From: Candidatus Pacebacteria bacterium RIFOXYA1_FULL_38_18
GTDB lineage: Bacteria; Patescibacteriota; Microgenomatia; UBA1400; PJMF01
Reading direction: 5' to 3'
Assembly: GCA_001787405.1 (NCBI GenBank)
Contig: MFWV01000001.1
Coordinates: 1 to 62,056, forward strand
DNA length: 62,056 nt
Position 1 is the first letter of the stretch. The number at the start of each line of letters is the position of its first letter. Positions 17,550 through 27,677 of the stretch are shown here, in pieces. The notes beneath the pieces were generated by a model. The model was not told the origin of the DNA, made no database searches, and saw only the letters and a list, made by a program, of their open reading frames with translations. A program made the translations under genes and the position numbers.

Positions 17550-19274
17550 TTATTTCTGTTTTTTAGTTTTTGCTTGGGCGTGTTTTTGCACGGCTTTAAG
17601 ATATTCTACATAAATGGGATGTGGGTTTAATGGCTTTGATTTGTATTCTGGATGAGCTTGAGTGGCAAGAAAGAAAGGATGATCTTGACGTGGAAGCTCA
17701 ATCATTTCTACAAAAAAATCATCGGGACTGGTGCCGGAAAAAACAAAGCCTTTTTCGGCTAATACCTTGCGATATTCGTTGTTGAATTCATAACGATGGC
17801 GATGGCGTTCAGAAATAAGGTTTTGTTTTTTATTTTTGAAAGCTTTGTGTTTACTGTAAATTTCATGAGCAAGGGTACCTGGTTTGAGAACACAGTCATA
17901 AGCACCTAGACGCATGCTAGCCCCCACTCCCTTGATGCGTTGATATTTTTTCTCAAAGGGAATGTCATGAATGATGGGATATGGAGTTTTCTCATCTACT
18001 TCTTTGGTATGAGCGCCCTCCAAACCAACTATGTTTCTAGCAAATTCAACAGAGGCCAACTGCATTCCGTAACAAAGTCCTAAATAGGGTATTTTATTTT
18101 CTCTGGCGTATTGAATGGCATCTATTTTGCCTTCCACCCCTCGTTTGCCCCAACCAATAGGAACAATGATGCCGTCAACTCGTCGCAGATCCTTGAGGGC
18201 TTGACTGTTTTTGTTTTGTAGTGCCTCGGCATTAATAAAAACAATATCCAGTCCTACGTCTTCGGCCCAACTAGCATGTTTTAGAGATTCCAAAAGTGAA
18301 GTGTATGAATCTTGCAGTTCATAATCACCGGTGGCAATGTATTTGGCAATGATAGCGATCGAGATTTTATTCTTTTTTTCAGTCTTAATTTTTTTAACTA
18401 GTTCTTGCCAGGTTTTGAGCTGTGTTTTTTTGACAGGTAGTTTCAGTTTTTGCAAAATACGTTTATCAAAATTTTGTTGATGAAAAAGTAAGGGAATCTG
18501 GTAAATGCTTTTGACGTTTGGATTGGAGATGACATCCTCTTTATGCATGTTACAAAAATAAGCCACTTTTTCTTTACGCTTATCATCAATATCTGATTCT
18601 GCCCTGCCCACGATAAAATCTGGTTGAATACCCATGGCTTGTAAATTTTTGACCGATAATTGAGTGGGTTTGGATTTCATTTCACTGATGTGTGAAGGGG
18701 TGGGAAAGTAAGTGACATGCACCAAAATGACGTCATCAGGGAGAGTTTGCTTCATCAGGCGATAGGCTTCATAGTAAACAATGTTTTGATATTCACCAGC
18801 AGTGCCTCCCAGTTCGATCAAAATAATGTCGTAACCATCAATAGTTTCTCTGATGCGACGAATTATTTCTTCTGGTATGTAAGGAATAGCATCCACAGTA
18901 GCACCCTCGTACTCCAGGTTTTTGGCTTTTTCGATGACCGTAGAGTAGATTTGGCCCATAGTGACGAAGTTTTTGAAACCAACTTCTTGGTTTAAAAAAC
19001 GCTCATAAGTACCCAGATCCAAATCAGCTTCCAAACCATCTTCGCATAAAAAAACATCACCATGTTCTATTGGGTTGATGTTGCCTGAATCCAGGTTGAG
19101 ATAATTTTCGCACTTGAGATTGGTAACGGAATAGCCTTGTTCTTTGAGTAAGACACCAATAGAAGCAGCAGTTGCTCCTTTACCCAAACCAGACAATACG
19201 CCTCCAGAAACGAAGATGTATTTTTTTGGTTTTTTGCTAGAAAAGTGTAAAAGCCCGTCTAATCTCACGGGCAT
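17550..19274 (-). CDS. pyrG: CTP synthase
   Basis: SGGVLSGLGKG, EHGDVF, KSKPTQ, GLCYGMQ, ERHRHRYE and QAHPE motifs. Confidence 0.96.
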   Translation of the reverse strand: MPVRLDGLLHFSSKKPKKYIFVSGGVLSGLGKGATAASIGVLLKEQGYSVTNLKCENYLNLDSGNINPIEHGDVFLCEDGLEADLDLGTYERFLNQEVGFKNFVTMGQIYSTVIEKAKNLEYEGATVDAIPYIPEEIIRRIRETIDGYDIILIELGGTAGEYQNIVYYEAYRLMKQTLPDDVILVHVTYFPTPSHISEMKSKPTQLSVKNLQAMGIQPDFIVGRAESDIDDKRKEKVAYFCNMHKEDVISNPNVKSIYQIPLLFHQQNFDKRILQKLKLPVKKTQLKTWQELVKKIKTEKKNKISIAIIAKYIATGDYELQDSYTSLLESLKHASWAEDVGLDIVFINAEALQNKNSQALKDLRRVDGIIVPIGWGKRGVEGKIDAIQYARENKIPYLGLCYGMQLASVEFARNIVGLEGAHTKEVDEKTPYPIIHDIPFEKKYQRIKGVGASMRLGAYDCVLKPGTLAHEIYSKHKAFKNKKQNLISERHRHRYEFNNEYRKVLAEKGFVFSGTSPDDFFVEMIELPRQDHPFFLATQAHPEYKSKPLNPHPIYVEYLKAVQKHAQAKTKKQK

Positions 19275-19407
19275 AGATTTTACTTGGAATTGTAAGTGAC
19301 GGAAAGGGTCAATTTTCTTGACGAAATACTAGATGTTGTGTTTTTTGATGATCAATTTTGTCTATTTTGTAGTTAGGTTGATTGTCAATTGGTTTACAAT
19401 AACAAAG

Positions 19408-19974
19408 ATGCTCAATGTTTCAACCAAAACCGGTGATGATGGTCAATCTTCTTTGGCAGATGGTACGCGACTTAGTAAAGATCATTTGGTTTTTGAGGTG
19501 ATTGGCACGATTGATGAACTCAATTCTCATTTGGGATTGGCAGTGGCTTTGCTCAAGAAACTAAAAAGTAAAAAAATCATGACGCAAACAGATTTTTTGG
19601 AAACGATTCAACATGAATTATTTACACTGGGTGCGAAAGTAGCTGGAGCCAAATTAAAAATTTCCCAAGAGTTTTTGGACAAAATTGAAAAAACCTCAAC
19701 CGATTTACAGACATCGATGGCCCCCAATTGGCACCATCAATTTGTTTTACCAGGCGGACACGAAGCAGCAGCGCAAGTGGATATTGCTAGATCAGTGTGT
19801 AGAAAATTGGAGCGGAGAATAGTATCTTTAAGCAAAAAAAGAACAATTTCTGAACAGATTTTACAGACTATTAATCGATTATCTGATTATTTATATGTAT
19901 TGCGTTGTTTTATCAATCAAGCATTGGACCAAAAAGAAAAATATTTTATTCGGTCTGAGAAGGTTCATCATTGA
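19408..19974 (+). CDS. PduO-type cob(I)alamin adenosyltransferase
   Basis: TKTGDDGQS, GTIDELNS, FVLPGG, RSVCRKLER and NRLSDYLY motifs; ATG 19408. Confidence 0.9.
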   Translation: MLNVSTKTGDDGQSSLADGTRLSKDHLVFEVIGTIDELNSHLGLAVALLKKLKSKKIMTQTDFLETIQHELFTLGAKVAGAKLKISQEFLDKIEKTSTDLQTSMAPNWHHQFVLPGGHEAAAQVDIARSVCRKLERRIVSLSKKRTISEQILQTINRLSDYLYVLRCFINQALDQKEKYFIRSEKVHH

Positions 19975-20230
19975 TTAATGATGCTAATCCAATCAATAAA
20001 TCAACCATTTGAATATCATCTTCGGTAATTGGATTTTTCAAAACAGAGCCTAGTTCGTGGGAAACATCTTTTAAACTATCTTGAGGTCTTTCAGGATTTT
20101 TAAGGTAAGCTGTCCAAAAAAGAGTTAGATAAATATACAAATGTCTTCGTCCTTTTAATTCTTTGGACGGAAACTGAGCGTTGATAAATTTTTCCAACTC
20201 ATTGTATCGCCAGCGTTTTGCTTCACTCAT
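19946..20230 (-). CDS. hypothetical protein co-oriented downstream of lexA
   Basis: 94-aa ORF starting 5 nt after the lexA stop. Confidence 0.55.
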   Translation of the reverse strand: MSEAKRWRYNELEKFINAQFPSKELKGRRHLYIYLTLFWTAYLKNPERPQDSLKDVSHELGSVLKNPITEDDIQMVDLLIGLASLINDEPSQTE

Positions 20231-20235
20231 AGAAC

Positions 20236-20856
20236 TTAATAGCGAAACTTACGAATTAACCCTACTACTCTGCCCTGAATCTGAACATTGGTGGCATAGA
20301 TCGGACTCATGTTGGCATTGGCTGGTTCCAGGCGGACTCTAGTGACTTCTTTGTAAAAGCGTTTCAAGGTAGCCAAACCATTGTCTAGCAAAGCTACCAC
20401 GATGTCGCCATTATTTACTTCTTGAGTTTCTTCGATTACCACGTAATCGCCGTCATCAATATGATCCTCAATCATTGATTGGCCTTTTACTTGTAGAATA
20501 TAGGCGCGTTTTTTACTGGTTACCATCTCTGGTGAAACCTTAAAAGTTGCCTCTGGATCAGTATAAGGCTCGATGGGTGAACCGGCAGCGATAAAGCCCA
20601 AAATAGGCAGATCAATGCTGTCTGTAACCCTTAAAAAGGTGCGATCTACCATTTCAATACCTCTGACTGTTCCTTCGTGACGTTTAATCACGTTTTTGCG
20701 TTCCAAAGCTTGTAAATGTTCATGAACGGTAGCTAAAGAAGAGACACCGATTGCTCCAGCAATTTCTTTCAAAGTAGGAGAAAAACCATTTTTTTGAATG
20801 TATTGAACGATATAATCTACGATTTGTCGTTGACGTTTGTATAAAGTGACGGCCAT
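20236..20856 (-). CDS. lexA: SOS repressor LexA
   Basis: wHTH (PTLKEIA...TVHEHL), AAG cleavage site, GQSM catalytic Ser, TLKR catalytic Lys. Confidence 0.96.
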   Translation of the reverse strand: MAVTLYKRQRQIVDYIVQYIQKNGFSPTLKEIAGAIGVSSLATVHEHLQALERKNVIKRHEGTVRGIEMVDRTFLRVTDSIDLPILGFIAAGSPIEPYTDPEATFKVSPEMVTSKKRAYILQVKGQSMIEDHIDDGDYVVIEETQEVNNGDIVVALLDNGLATLKRFYKEVTRVRLEPANANMSPIYATNVQIQGRVVGLIRKFRY

Positions 20857-21030
20857 GGCAGTTCCTTTTTTTAATTTACTTATTTATTTTTAACCAAATA
20901 AATCCCAAAGATTACCCAGAGTATATGCAAGGAAAGCCCGAAGAGCAACATCATCTTTTAGTAAAATAATATATCAAAATATCTCAAAAACTGTTTGAGA
21001 GCTTTCGGGTAAAGATTTGTTGGATAAAAA

Positions 21031-21672
21031 TCAGCGACGGCGAAAAAAATTGACGATTTTGAACCACCAAGAGTTCTGACGCATAAATCGTTCTTGGAGA
21101 TAAGGCAATAATAATTTGTAAAAAGCTACTCCTGCCAGAAGAACGATGGTACCGATGAGAATGGTCAAATCAAATTTATTTTCTAGGAACCAAGCTACAC
21201 TTTCTCCAAAAATAGCAATAGAACCAGTGATGAGCATGTATCGTGTTCCCCTGCCCAAAATAGAGGCCAGTAAAAATCTGCGGAAATTCAGATCGAAGAC
21301 TCCAGCAGAAAGAGTGAATACTTTAAATGGAATAGGAGTGAAGGCAGCGATAAAAATTGCTTTTGAGTCATATTTTTGAAAAAGTTTTTGTACAGTAGTG
21401 ATATGGTCTTGTTTGAATAATTTATGCAAAATAGGCTTGCCTCCTTTTTTCCCCAACCAGTACCCAAACATGGCTCCCAAAACAGAAAAGAGTGTAATAA
21501 AAAGTCCATACCACAGTGAGAATTGGGGAGTGGCCAGACTCATGGGAATAACCATTACCTCTGGAGGAATGATAAAAAAAGCACTTTCTGAAAAAGAAAA
21601 CAATCCCAAGATTGCTAAAGCATAGGGACTAGTCATCCAAACCTGAACGGCTTCACTGGTAAAAAAACTCAT
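21031..21672 (-). CDS. YqaA/DedA family membrane protein
   Basis: ESAFFIIPPE, FTPIPFKVF and GRGTRY motifs. Confidence 0.88.
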   Translation of the reverse strand: MSFFTSEAVQVWMTSPYALAILGLFSFSESAFFIIPPEVMVIPMSLATPQFSLWYGLFITLFSVLGAMFGYWLGKKGGKPILHKLFKQDHITTVQKLFQKYDSKAIFIAAFTPIPFKVFTLSAGVFDLNFRRFLLASILGRGTRYMLITGSIAIFGESVAWFLENKFDLTILIGTIVLLAGVAFYKLLLPYLQERFMRQNSWWFKIVNFFRRR

Positions 21673-21739
21673 AATTTTAATTCTTTCTAACTAGCAATGA
21701 TACTCAAATACTTATAAAACGAAATAATGTTTTTTATTT

Positions 21740-23683
21740 TTAAGCTGTCGGTTCACTAGGATTTGGAACGGGAGTGCTGGTTGGCTCAGTGCTTCCAGTT
21801 GTTGGTGGTTGAGCAGCCCCGATTTCTTTTAGAGTGCTATCAATGGTTTGTTGTACCTCGGCTTCCAGTGGTTTCTCTGTTGCTGGCTGATCAATTGCTG
21901 GTTTTGGCTCTGCTGTTTGCTGTTCAGTTGGTTTTGGCTCAGTCGGCTTGGGAGTAGTCATGGGAGTTGCAATGGGAGGAGTGTTCATGGGTGCTTCTGT
22001 GGGAGCTGGCATTGGAGAGACCCCAGTATTGGTTGTAGAAGCAGGTGGAGTTGTTGATTCAGTTGGCTTGGGAGCAGTCACAGGCATTGGTTCGACTGCT
22101 GGATTTAAAGTAGGAACGGTTAGTGTTGGTTCCGGGGTTGCTGGTGTTGTTGAGCTAGGAGCTACTGGAGTTTGTCCCAAAGCTACTTCCTCTGTAATAC
22201 CTTGACTACCAGTCAATTCATTGGGTGCTGATGCGGGTTGTGGCATAGAGGGTGAGCTTGCTGGTATTGCTGGTGTTGGAGTTGGCTCAGATGTTAAAGT
22301 TGGCTTTGGTGTGGGTACTGTTTGACCACTTGATTCACTGGTAGGTTCAGTGGTGACTTGATTGTCATCAGTAGGCTCATTTGCCAAATTGGTTTGTTGA
22401 TTGAGTTGCATCTCAGTTCCTTCCCTAATAATTTTTTCTAAAGCTAAATAAATATCAGCTAGTCGATTATATTTAGCCACGGCCTCTCCGCGATTGGTGG
22501 GTCCAAATTTAACAAACTCGGCTCCAATTCCTACCGCAAAATCAGCTAGAAAATCATCATTGGTTTCACCAGTACGCTGGGAAACCACGATACTCCAACC
22601 AGCTGCTCTTGCTATTCTGACGGCTTCTAGCGTTTCTGTCAAAGTACCTATCTGGCTGGGTTTGACTACTAGAGTATTGCCGACCTGGTTTTGAGTGGCT
22701 TGCGCTACCAATTTGGGATCAGTGGCAGTCATGGCATCAACGGCTATCCGAGTGGTTTGACCTAAATCGGCAGTAAAGGTTTTCCAAGAATTGATGTCTT
22801 TGATCAGAAATGGATCTTCAAAATAGGTAAGACTATATTTCTTTTGTAAATCTTGGTAATACTCCAATAATTCTTTTTCTGTGTAACCAGTGTTTTTATC
22901 TTTGATGAGGTATTTATTTTTTTCTTGTAATTGTTCAGCTCCAGAGTCAACACCAAAGAAAAAATCTCTGGCCAAAATATAAGAAGTTTTACGAGCTGCT
23001 TCAATAATAAATTCAAAAACATCAGTATTTTTTTGTAAAGAGGGGGTGAAGCCACCCAATTCACCAGTAGAATAATTGGCTTTTTGATCTTTGAGGATTT
23101 TTTGCAAAGTAGCTCGCAGAGAACTCTCTATTTCCAAACTGACCCGATAATCAACGTGGCTGGCTGGAATGACCAAGAATTCTTGGAAATCAAGATTGCC
23201 AGAACCGTATTGCCCGCCATTGATCAAACCATAAAGACAAACCGGCAGAGCAAGATGGTCAGTAAGCTGATATTGATTGATTAAATATTGATAAAGAGGG
23301 AAATCGCTGGCTACTGCTCCAGCTTTCATCACTGCTTGGGAAACGGCACTCAGTGTATTAGCTCCCACCTGAGCTTTATTGGGGGTACTATCCAATTGTA
23401 AAAGTAATTGATCAATGCTGGTTTGATCTTGAGGATTTTGTCCAATCAGTTGGGGGGCAATGGTTTTATTTATTAAATTAACCGCTTTTTGCACTCCCCT
23501 GCCTGCCATATGTTCTGGATCTTGATCAAAAAGAGCCTTGGCAGCATGAGGATATTGAAGAACACTGTTGGGTACACTGGTATCTACTAGTTCACCACTA
23601 TCCAGTTCTAGATCAACCCAAATAGTGGGATTACCCATGGAATCAAGAATCTCTTTGGCCTGCAGACTTTTAATGGTAGCCAT
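21740..23683 (-). CDS. degenerate enolase-like protein with ~220-aa Pro/Thr-rich tail
   Basis: EILDSMGNPT, GRGVQKAV, QEF, KPSQIGTLTET and AKYNRL mark the enolase fold; several catalytic motifs are altered. Confidence 0.85.
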   Translation of the reverse strand: MATIKSLQAKEILDSMGNPTIWVDLELDSGELVDTSVPNSVLQYPHAAKALFDQDPEHMAGRGVQKAVNLINKTIAPQLIGQNPQDQTSIDQLLLQLDSTPNKAQVGANTLSAVSQAVMKAGAVASDFPLYQYLINQYQLTDHLALPVCLYGLINGGQYGSGNLDFQEFLVIPASHVDYRVSLEIESSLRATLQKILKDQKANYSTGELGGFTPSLQKNTDVFEFIIEAARKTSYILARDFFFGVDSGAEQLQEKNKYLIKDKNTGYTEKELLEYYQDLQKKYSLTYFEDPFLIKDINSWKTFTADLGQTTRIAVDAMTATDPKLVAQATQNQVGNTLVVKPSQIGTLTETLEAVRIARAAGWSIVVSQRTGETNDDFLADFAVGIGAEFVKFGPTNRGEAVAKYNRLADIYLALEKIIREGTEMQLNQQTNLANEPTDDNQVTTEPTSESSGQTVPTPKPTLTSEPTPTPAIPASSPSMPQPASAPNELTGSQGITEEVALGQTPVAPSSTTPATPEPTLTVPTLNPAVEPMPVTAPKPTESTTPPASTTNTGVSPMPAPTEAPMNTPPIATPMTTPKPTEPKPTEQQTAEPKPAIDQPATEKPLEAEVQQTIDSTLKEIGAAQPPTTGSTEPTSTPVPNPSEPTA

Positions 23684-23731
23684 ACCACTACTATAAAGGT
23701 TGGCTCAACAGATGTGAAGAGAGAGGGTTTT

Positions 23732-24817
23732 CTACTTCCCTAGCTCTTCTTTGAACTGATCCACAAATGGAACGGGGCAGGGATCGATACCCTCCAACAT
23801 GGCAGTATAAAAATTGGTATAAGACATGAGGGTAATGAGTTCAAAAACTTGGGTTAGTTTAGTATCGGCTTGCAACTCAACGGCCAAGGTATCAATCTGG
23901 TTTTGTTCGACAATTTCCTGAGTTAGCTTCATTCTTTTTTGATTTCTGGGTTGATAAAACTCGGAATTGAAAAACAAAAAGACATGACTACCGATATTGC
24001 TAGCTGGAAAACGCAAACCCTCCATCAAATGATGATTAAGCTCCGGCACCACTTTGAAGTCTGCAAAAAGCTTGGCGTTTTCATTAAACTGATTGGTAGC
24101 TACATGGGTAGCTCCTACCAGAAACTCACTCGCTACTAGGATTGGTCGGCGCTCAAGACAAGTGTAAGCCAAGATTTTGGCTTGGTTTTCTGCTTGTTTG
24201 GTTTCCGGTCCCAGTTTTTCTGCAGTGCGAATGATGGTGGTGATAACTTCTTCAATTTCCGCATCAGTGATCTTCACCAAACCTGCTTTGACCAATAAAC
24301 CAATCAAGCCGATGATGGCATAGCCAATAGCCATGCGTGGTTGATTAGAGGGGTTGTGGACAGGATCGATAAGATAGGTAGGGTAATTTTCTGTTTTAGC
24401 AATTTCTGCCAACTTGCCACCAGCAGTAATCACGGCTACTTGAGCGCCTTTGTCTTTGGCCTGCTTAGCGCAAAACAACACTTCCTCGGTAGAGCCAGAA
24501 TAACTCGATAAAATTACCAGCGTGTCTTCATCTACGTAAGCGGGCAAGTTATAGCCGTTATAGACCTCGAAAGGTTCTGGCAGTCGGTCGGCGTATAAAT
24601 GTTTAAAAACATCAGCGCCCAGAGCTGAACCCCCCATGCCTGCTACCACTACGTTATAGATGTTGCCTGAGGGGGAGAACTTAACTGACTGAGTACCTTC
24701 CCAAGCATGTCTAACCTGATCAGCCAATGCTTCGACAGAGCCTAAAACATTTGATTTATCTAGTTTGCTGATTTCTTCGCGAGAATCCAAAACAGAATTT
24801 TTTTTAGTATTTTCCAT
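23732..24817 (-). CDS. bifunctional phosphoglucose/phosphomannose isomerase (SIS)
   Basis: GMGGSA, SYSGSTEE, QPRMA, QFNENAK and PELNHH motifs. Confidence 0.92.
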   Translation of the reverse strand: MENTKKNSVLDSREEISKLDKSNVLGSVEALADQVRHAWEGTQSVKFSPSGNIYNVVVAGMGGSALGADVFKHLYADRLPEPFEVYNGYNLPAYVDEDTLVILSSYSGSTEEVLFCAKQAKDKGAQVAVITAGGKLAEIAKTENYPTYLIDPVHNPSNQPRMAIGYAIIGLIGLLVKAGLVKITDAEIEEVITTIIRTAEKLGPETKQAENQAKILAYTCLERRPILVASEFLVGATHVATNQFNENAKLFADFKVVPELNHHLMEGLRFPASNIGSHVFLFFNSEFYQPRNQKRMKLTQEIVEQNQIDTLAVELQADTKLTQVFELITLMSYTNFYTAMLEGIDPCPVPFVDQFKEELGK

Positions 24818-24841
24818 AATCCCTTTCTTTATTTTTTTAAT

Positions 24842-26263
24842 CTAGTCCAAGGCGTGAGTATTTACTCCTTTTGTCCAATCAATTTCCGGATGAGCACTCA
24901 AGATTTTTTTAAGAGTTTTCTTCATGTTCTCATATTGAGCTTGAGTTTTACCTTCAAACTTGACCGTGATGTATGGTCCGTTTTGGGAAGCACGCACGAT
25001 CGCCATCTCCTCAGCTGTATCCATGCGAATACCATCGATATCTACGTATTTGGCGTCAGGCCACTGTTTTTTAAACTCAGTGCGGATGACGGTATCGATG
25101 AATTTAAACTTAATTTCATCAGCCAAACCAAACTTAATTTCTGGACTACTGACATATTTAGCTAGTTGCTCAGCTGCTTGGCTCAGACTCATTTTTTTAC
25201 GTTCCAAATAAGCGAGTAAGCGCAAGCTGGCATAAGCTCCGTCATCGTGACCATAAAAATTATCCATGAAGAAAATGTGGCCAGATAATTCGCCACCAAA
25301 AGGTGAGCGCTCTTCTTTTACTTTAGCTTTAATAAAGGAGTGACCAGTCAGCCACATCACTGGCTTGCCACCAGCTTCCTCGATTGCTTCAGTCACTTGT
25401 CTAGAACAGAGGGTGTTGTAAACAATGGGTGCGCCAGGAAGGAATTCCAGTACATCTTTGGCAAACAAAGCCACGATGCTATCCATCCACAATACTTGCC
25501 CTTTTTCATCCACTACGGCCATGCGATCACCATCGGTGTCATAGGCAAAACCCAAATCAGCACCATGTTTTTTGACTCCTTCTGCTAAACGATTCAACAC
25601 TTTCTCTTCAGTCGGATCAGGTGCACCTAGAGGGAAGTTGCCGTCTGGCTCACAGTTTTGCTGGATCACTTCCAGACCAGCCTTTTCGAAAATCTGTGGA
25701 TAGAAAACTCCAGAACCAGTATTGCAAGCATCCACTACGATTTTCCATTTTTTTTGTAAATCAAAGTATTTAAGAATTTCATCACGATAGATGGGGAATA
25801 AATCGAAGTCACGATTCGAGCCCTGACCTTCAGAGAACTTCCCTTTTTCTACCAGCTTACGCATCATTTGAATTTCTTCAGTGATCATAGTGTCGGAATA
25901 TCCCACTCCCAGCTTCACGCCGTTAAATTCTTTAGGATTATGAGAAGCAGTAATCATGGCACTACCTTTAGTTTTAAATTCATAGGAAGAAAAATAAACA
26001 ATTTGGCTCATACTCAAGCCCAAGCTAATTGTATCGATTCCTCCATCATTTAAACCTTGAATGAAAGCCTTGGTGTATTGCTCGCTGGTGAGTCGGTTGT
26101 CATGACCGACTGCTGATTCAGCGATTCGTCTTTCAGCTAGAAAAGTGGCATAAGCTCTGCCCAAGGTGTAAAAAACATCCTCGTTGAGTTGTTCATCAAC
26201 CACTCCCCGAATGTCATAGCCGCGAAAAATGGTGGGGTCAATAGTTTTGATTAATTTGTACAT
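24842..26263 (-). CDS. phosphomannomutase/phosphoglucomutase
   Basis: YDIRG, ITASHNP, DTDGDR and GELSGH motifs. Confidence 0.95.
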   Translation of the reverse strand: MYKLIKTIDPTIFRGYDIRGVVDEQLNEDVFYTLGRAYATFLAERRIAESAVGHDNRLTSEQYTKAFIQGLNDGGIDTISLGLSMSQIVYFSSYEFKTKGSAMITASHNPKEFNGVKLGVGYSDTMITEEIQMMRKLVEKGKFSEGQGSNRDFDLFPIYRDEILKYFDLQKKWKIVVDACNTGSGVFYPQIFEKAGLEVIQQNCEPDGNFPLGAPDPTEEKVLNRLAEGVKKHGADLGFAYDTDGDRMAVVDEKGQVLWMDSIVALFAKDVLEFLPGAPIVYNTLCSRQVTEAIEEAGGKPVMWLTGHSFIKAKVKEERSPFGGELSGHIFFMDNFYGHDDGAYASLRLLAYLERKKMSLSQAAEQLAKYVSSPEIKFGLADEIKFKFIDTVIRTEFKKQWPDAKYVDIDGIRMDTAEEMAIVRASQNGPYITVKFEGKTQAQYENMKKTLKKILSAHPEIDWTKGVNTHALD

Positions 26264-26286
26264 GATTTCCTTTCGTGTGCTTCACT

Positions 26287-26967
26287 TTATAAGTTTGCTC
26301 CCAAGAGATCAAGCTCCTGACCCACTGACAAAAAACTGCCAGAAGTTTTGGCATTGATGTCAATGGTGTAGAGCTGATGGTGAATGCTGAGTAACTGAGC
26401 TAATGAAAAGCCTTGGGCTTGTTTTTTGAGTTTGGCAATGACGAAGGGCGGGCCACCGGGCGTGGTGCCGTCTTTAATTTGAATCAAGAGTCTGACTTGA
26501 CGAACCAACATGGCAAAACAAGTATGTTCTCCATCCGCACTTTGGGCTTTTTGAGAAAGCTCAAAGTATTTTTGCTTGGCCGTTTGTGGACTAAAAGCAT
26601 CCAGCCAAGCAAACAAAGTATTGGTCAATTTGAATTGTTCCACCTGAGCTTTGGGAAATTTTTTGAGCATGGTGGGAGTGAGATCTCTTTTTTCCCACAA
26701 AATAACCGTCACATTGGCTTTACTAACAATATCGATTAATTGGTTTTTTTTGGCACTGCGAGGTAAAGAATGCAGTTCTTCAATAATGACCATCTGTTCC
26801 GTACCAAATAATGAAGTTTTTTGCAATGCTGTTTCCAGCATGGCTGGACTGAGTTGTTTGGCAGTCAGTCGCTCAATTTCTTTGCCATTGAATTTGGCTT
26901 CCGTCAGCAACTTCACCAATCTTTCTCTAGATTTTATGACATTTTCGCCATGTAGAATAATTGTCAT
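26287..26967 (-). CDS. holA: short HolA-like DNA polymerase III delta subunit
   Basis: ILHGEN start, SLFG, and a C-terminal 'FVIAKLKKQA..FSL..L...D...KTSG' pattern. Confidence 0.65.
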   Translation of the reverse strand: MTIILHGENVIKSRERLVKLLTEAKFNGKEIERLTAKQLSPAMLETALQKTSLFGTEQMVIIEELHSLPRSAKKNQLIDIVSKANVTVILWEKRDLTPTMLKKFPKAQVEQFKLTNTLFAWLDAFSPQTAKQKYFELSQKAQSADGEHTCFAMLVRQVRLLIQIKDGTTPGGPPFVIAKLKKQAQGFSLAQLLSIHHQLYTIDINAKTSGSFLSVGQELDLLGANL

Positions 26968-27013
26968 ATAAAGATCATACTTATATTTAATTTAACTGTA
27001 AAGTAAGAATGAA

Positions 27014-27673
27014 TCAACTCACTCCTATTCCTTGACGTTTAAGCCAACCGCGTTGTAAACGATAATCTGGTGCAAACTGTTCCACAAATTGCCAAAAGGC
27101 TTTTGAGTGATCCATGTGTTGTAAATGTGCTAGTTCATGAACGATAACATAATCAATGACTGCAGGCGGAAAATGCACCAATCTCCAGTTAAAATTCAAG
27201 CTTCCCCTACTGCTACAACTTCCCCAGCGAGTAGTTTGGGCGCGCAGAGTAATTTTTTTAAAGCTCATCTTCATTTTTTTGGCCAACTGATGAATTTTGG
27301 GGACTAAATAATGAGAGGCGGTATCTTTGAGAAACTTGTTCAAAACAGTTTCTGCTGATTTGCGACTTTGCTCATGAAGAAAAATAAACACGGTTTTTGA
27401 GCGAATTTTGACAGTAGAGGCATCCTGGCTTGATTTAGTTTCCAATTTATATTGTTTGCCAAATAGCATCAAATTGGTTGCTGAAATAAACTTGGCTCTA
27501 CTTTCTTGTTGATGAGCTTGACGAGTCGCAATCCAATCTTGGTGCTCGGTCACGAATTTTTTAACCAAAAACCGAGGAGTAAAACGTGGCACGGTTACCA
27601 CTACCTGACCATTTTTAGCTAGGCGCAAAGTGAGGCGTTTGGCTTTGGGATGAGTGCGAAGTTGATAATCCAT
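27014..27673 (-). CDS. YgjP/DUF45 M48-like metallohydrolase
   Basis: RWGSCS, YVIVHELAHL and HSKAFW motifs. Confidence 0.9.
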   Translation of the reverse strand: MDYQLRTHPKAKRLTLRLAKNGQVVVTVPRFTPRFLVKKFVTEHQDWIATRQAHQQESRAKFISATNLMLFGKQYKLETKSSQDASTVKIRSKTVFIFLHEQSRKSAETVLNKFLKDTASHYLVPKIHQLAKKMKMSFKKITLRAQTTRWGSCSSRGSLNFNWRLVHFPPAVIDYVIVHELAHLQHMDHSKAFWQFVEQFAPDYRLQRGWLKRQGIGVS

Positions 27674-27677
27674 TACT

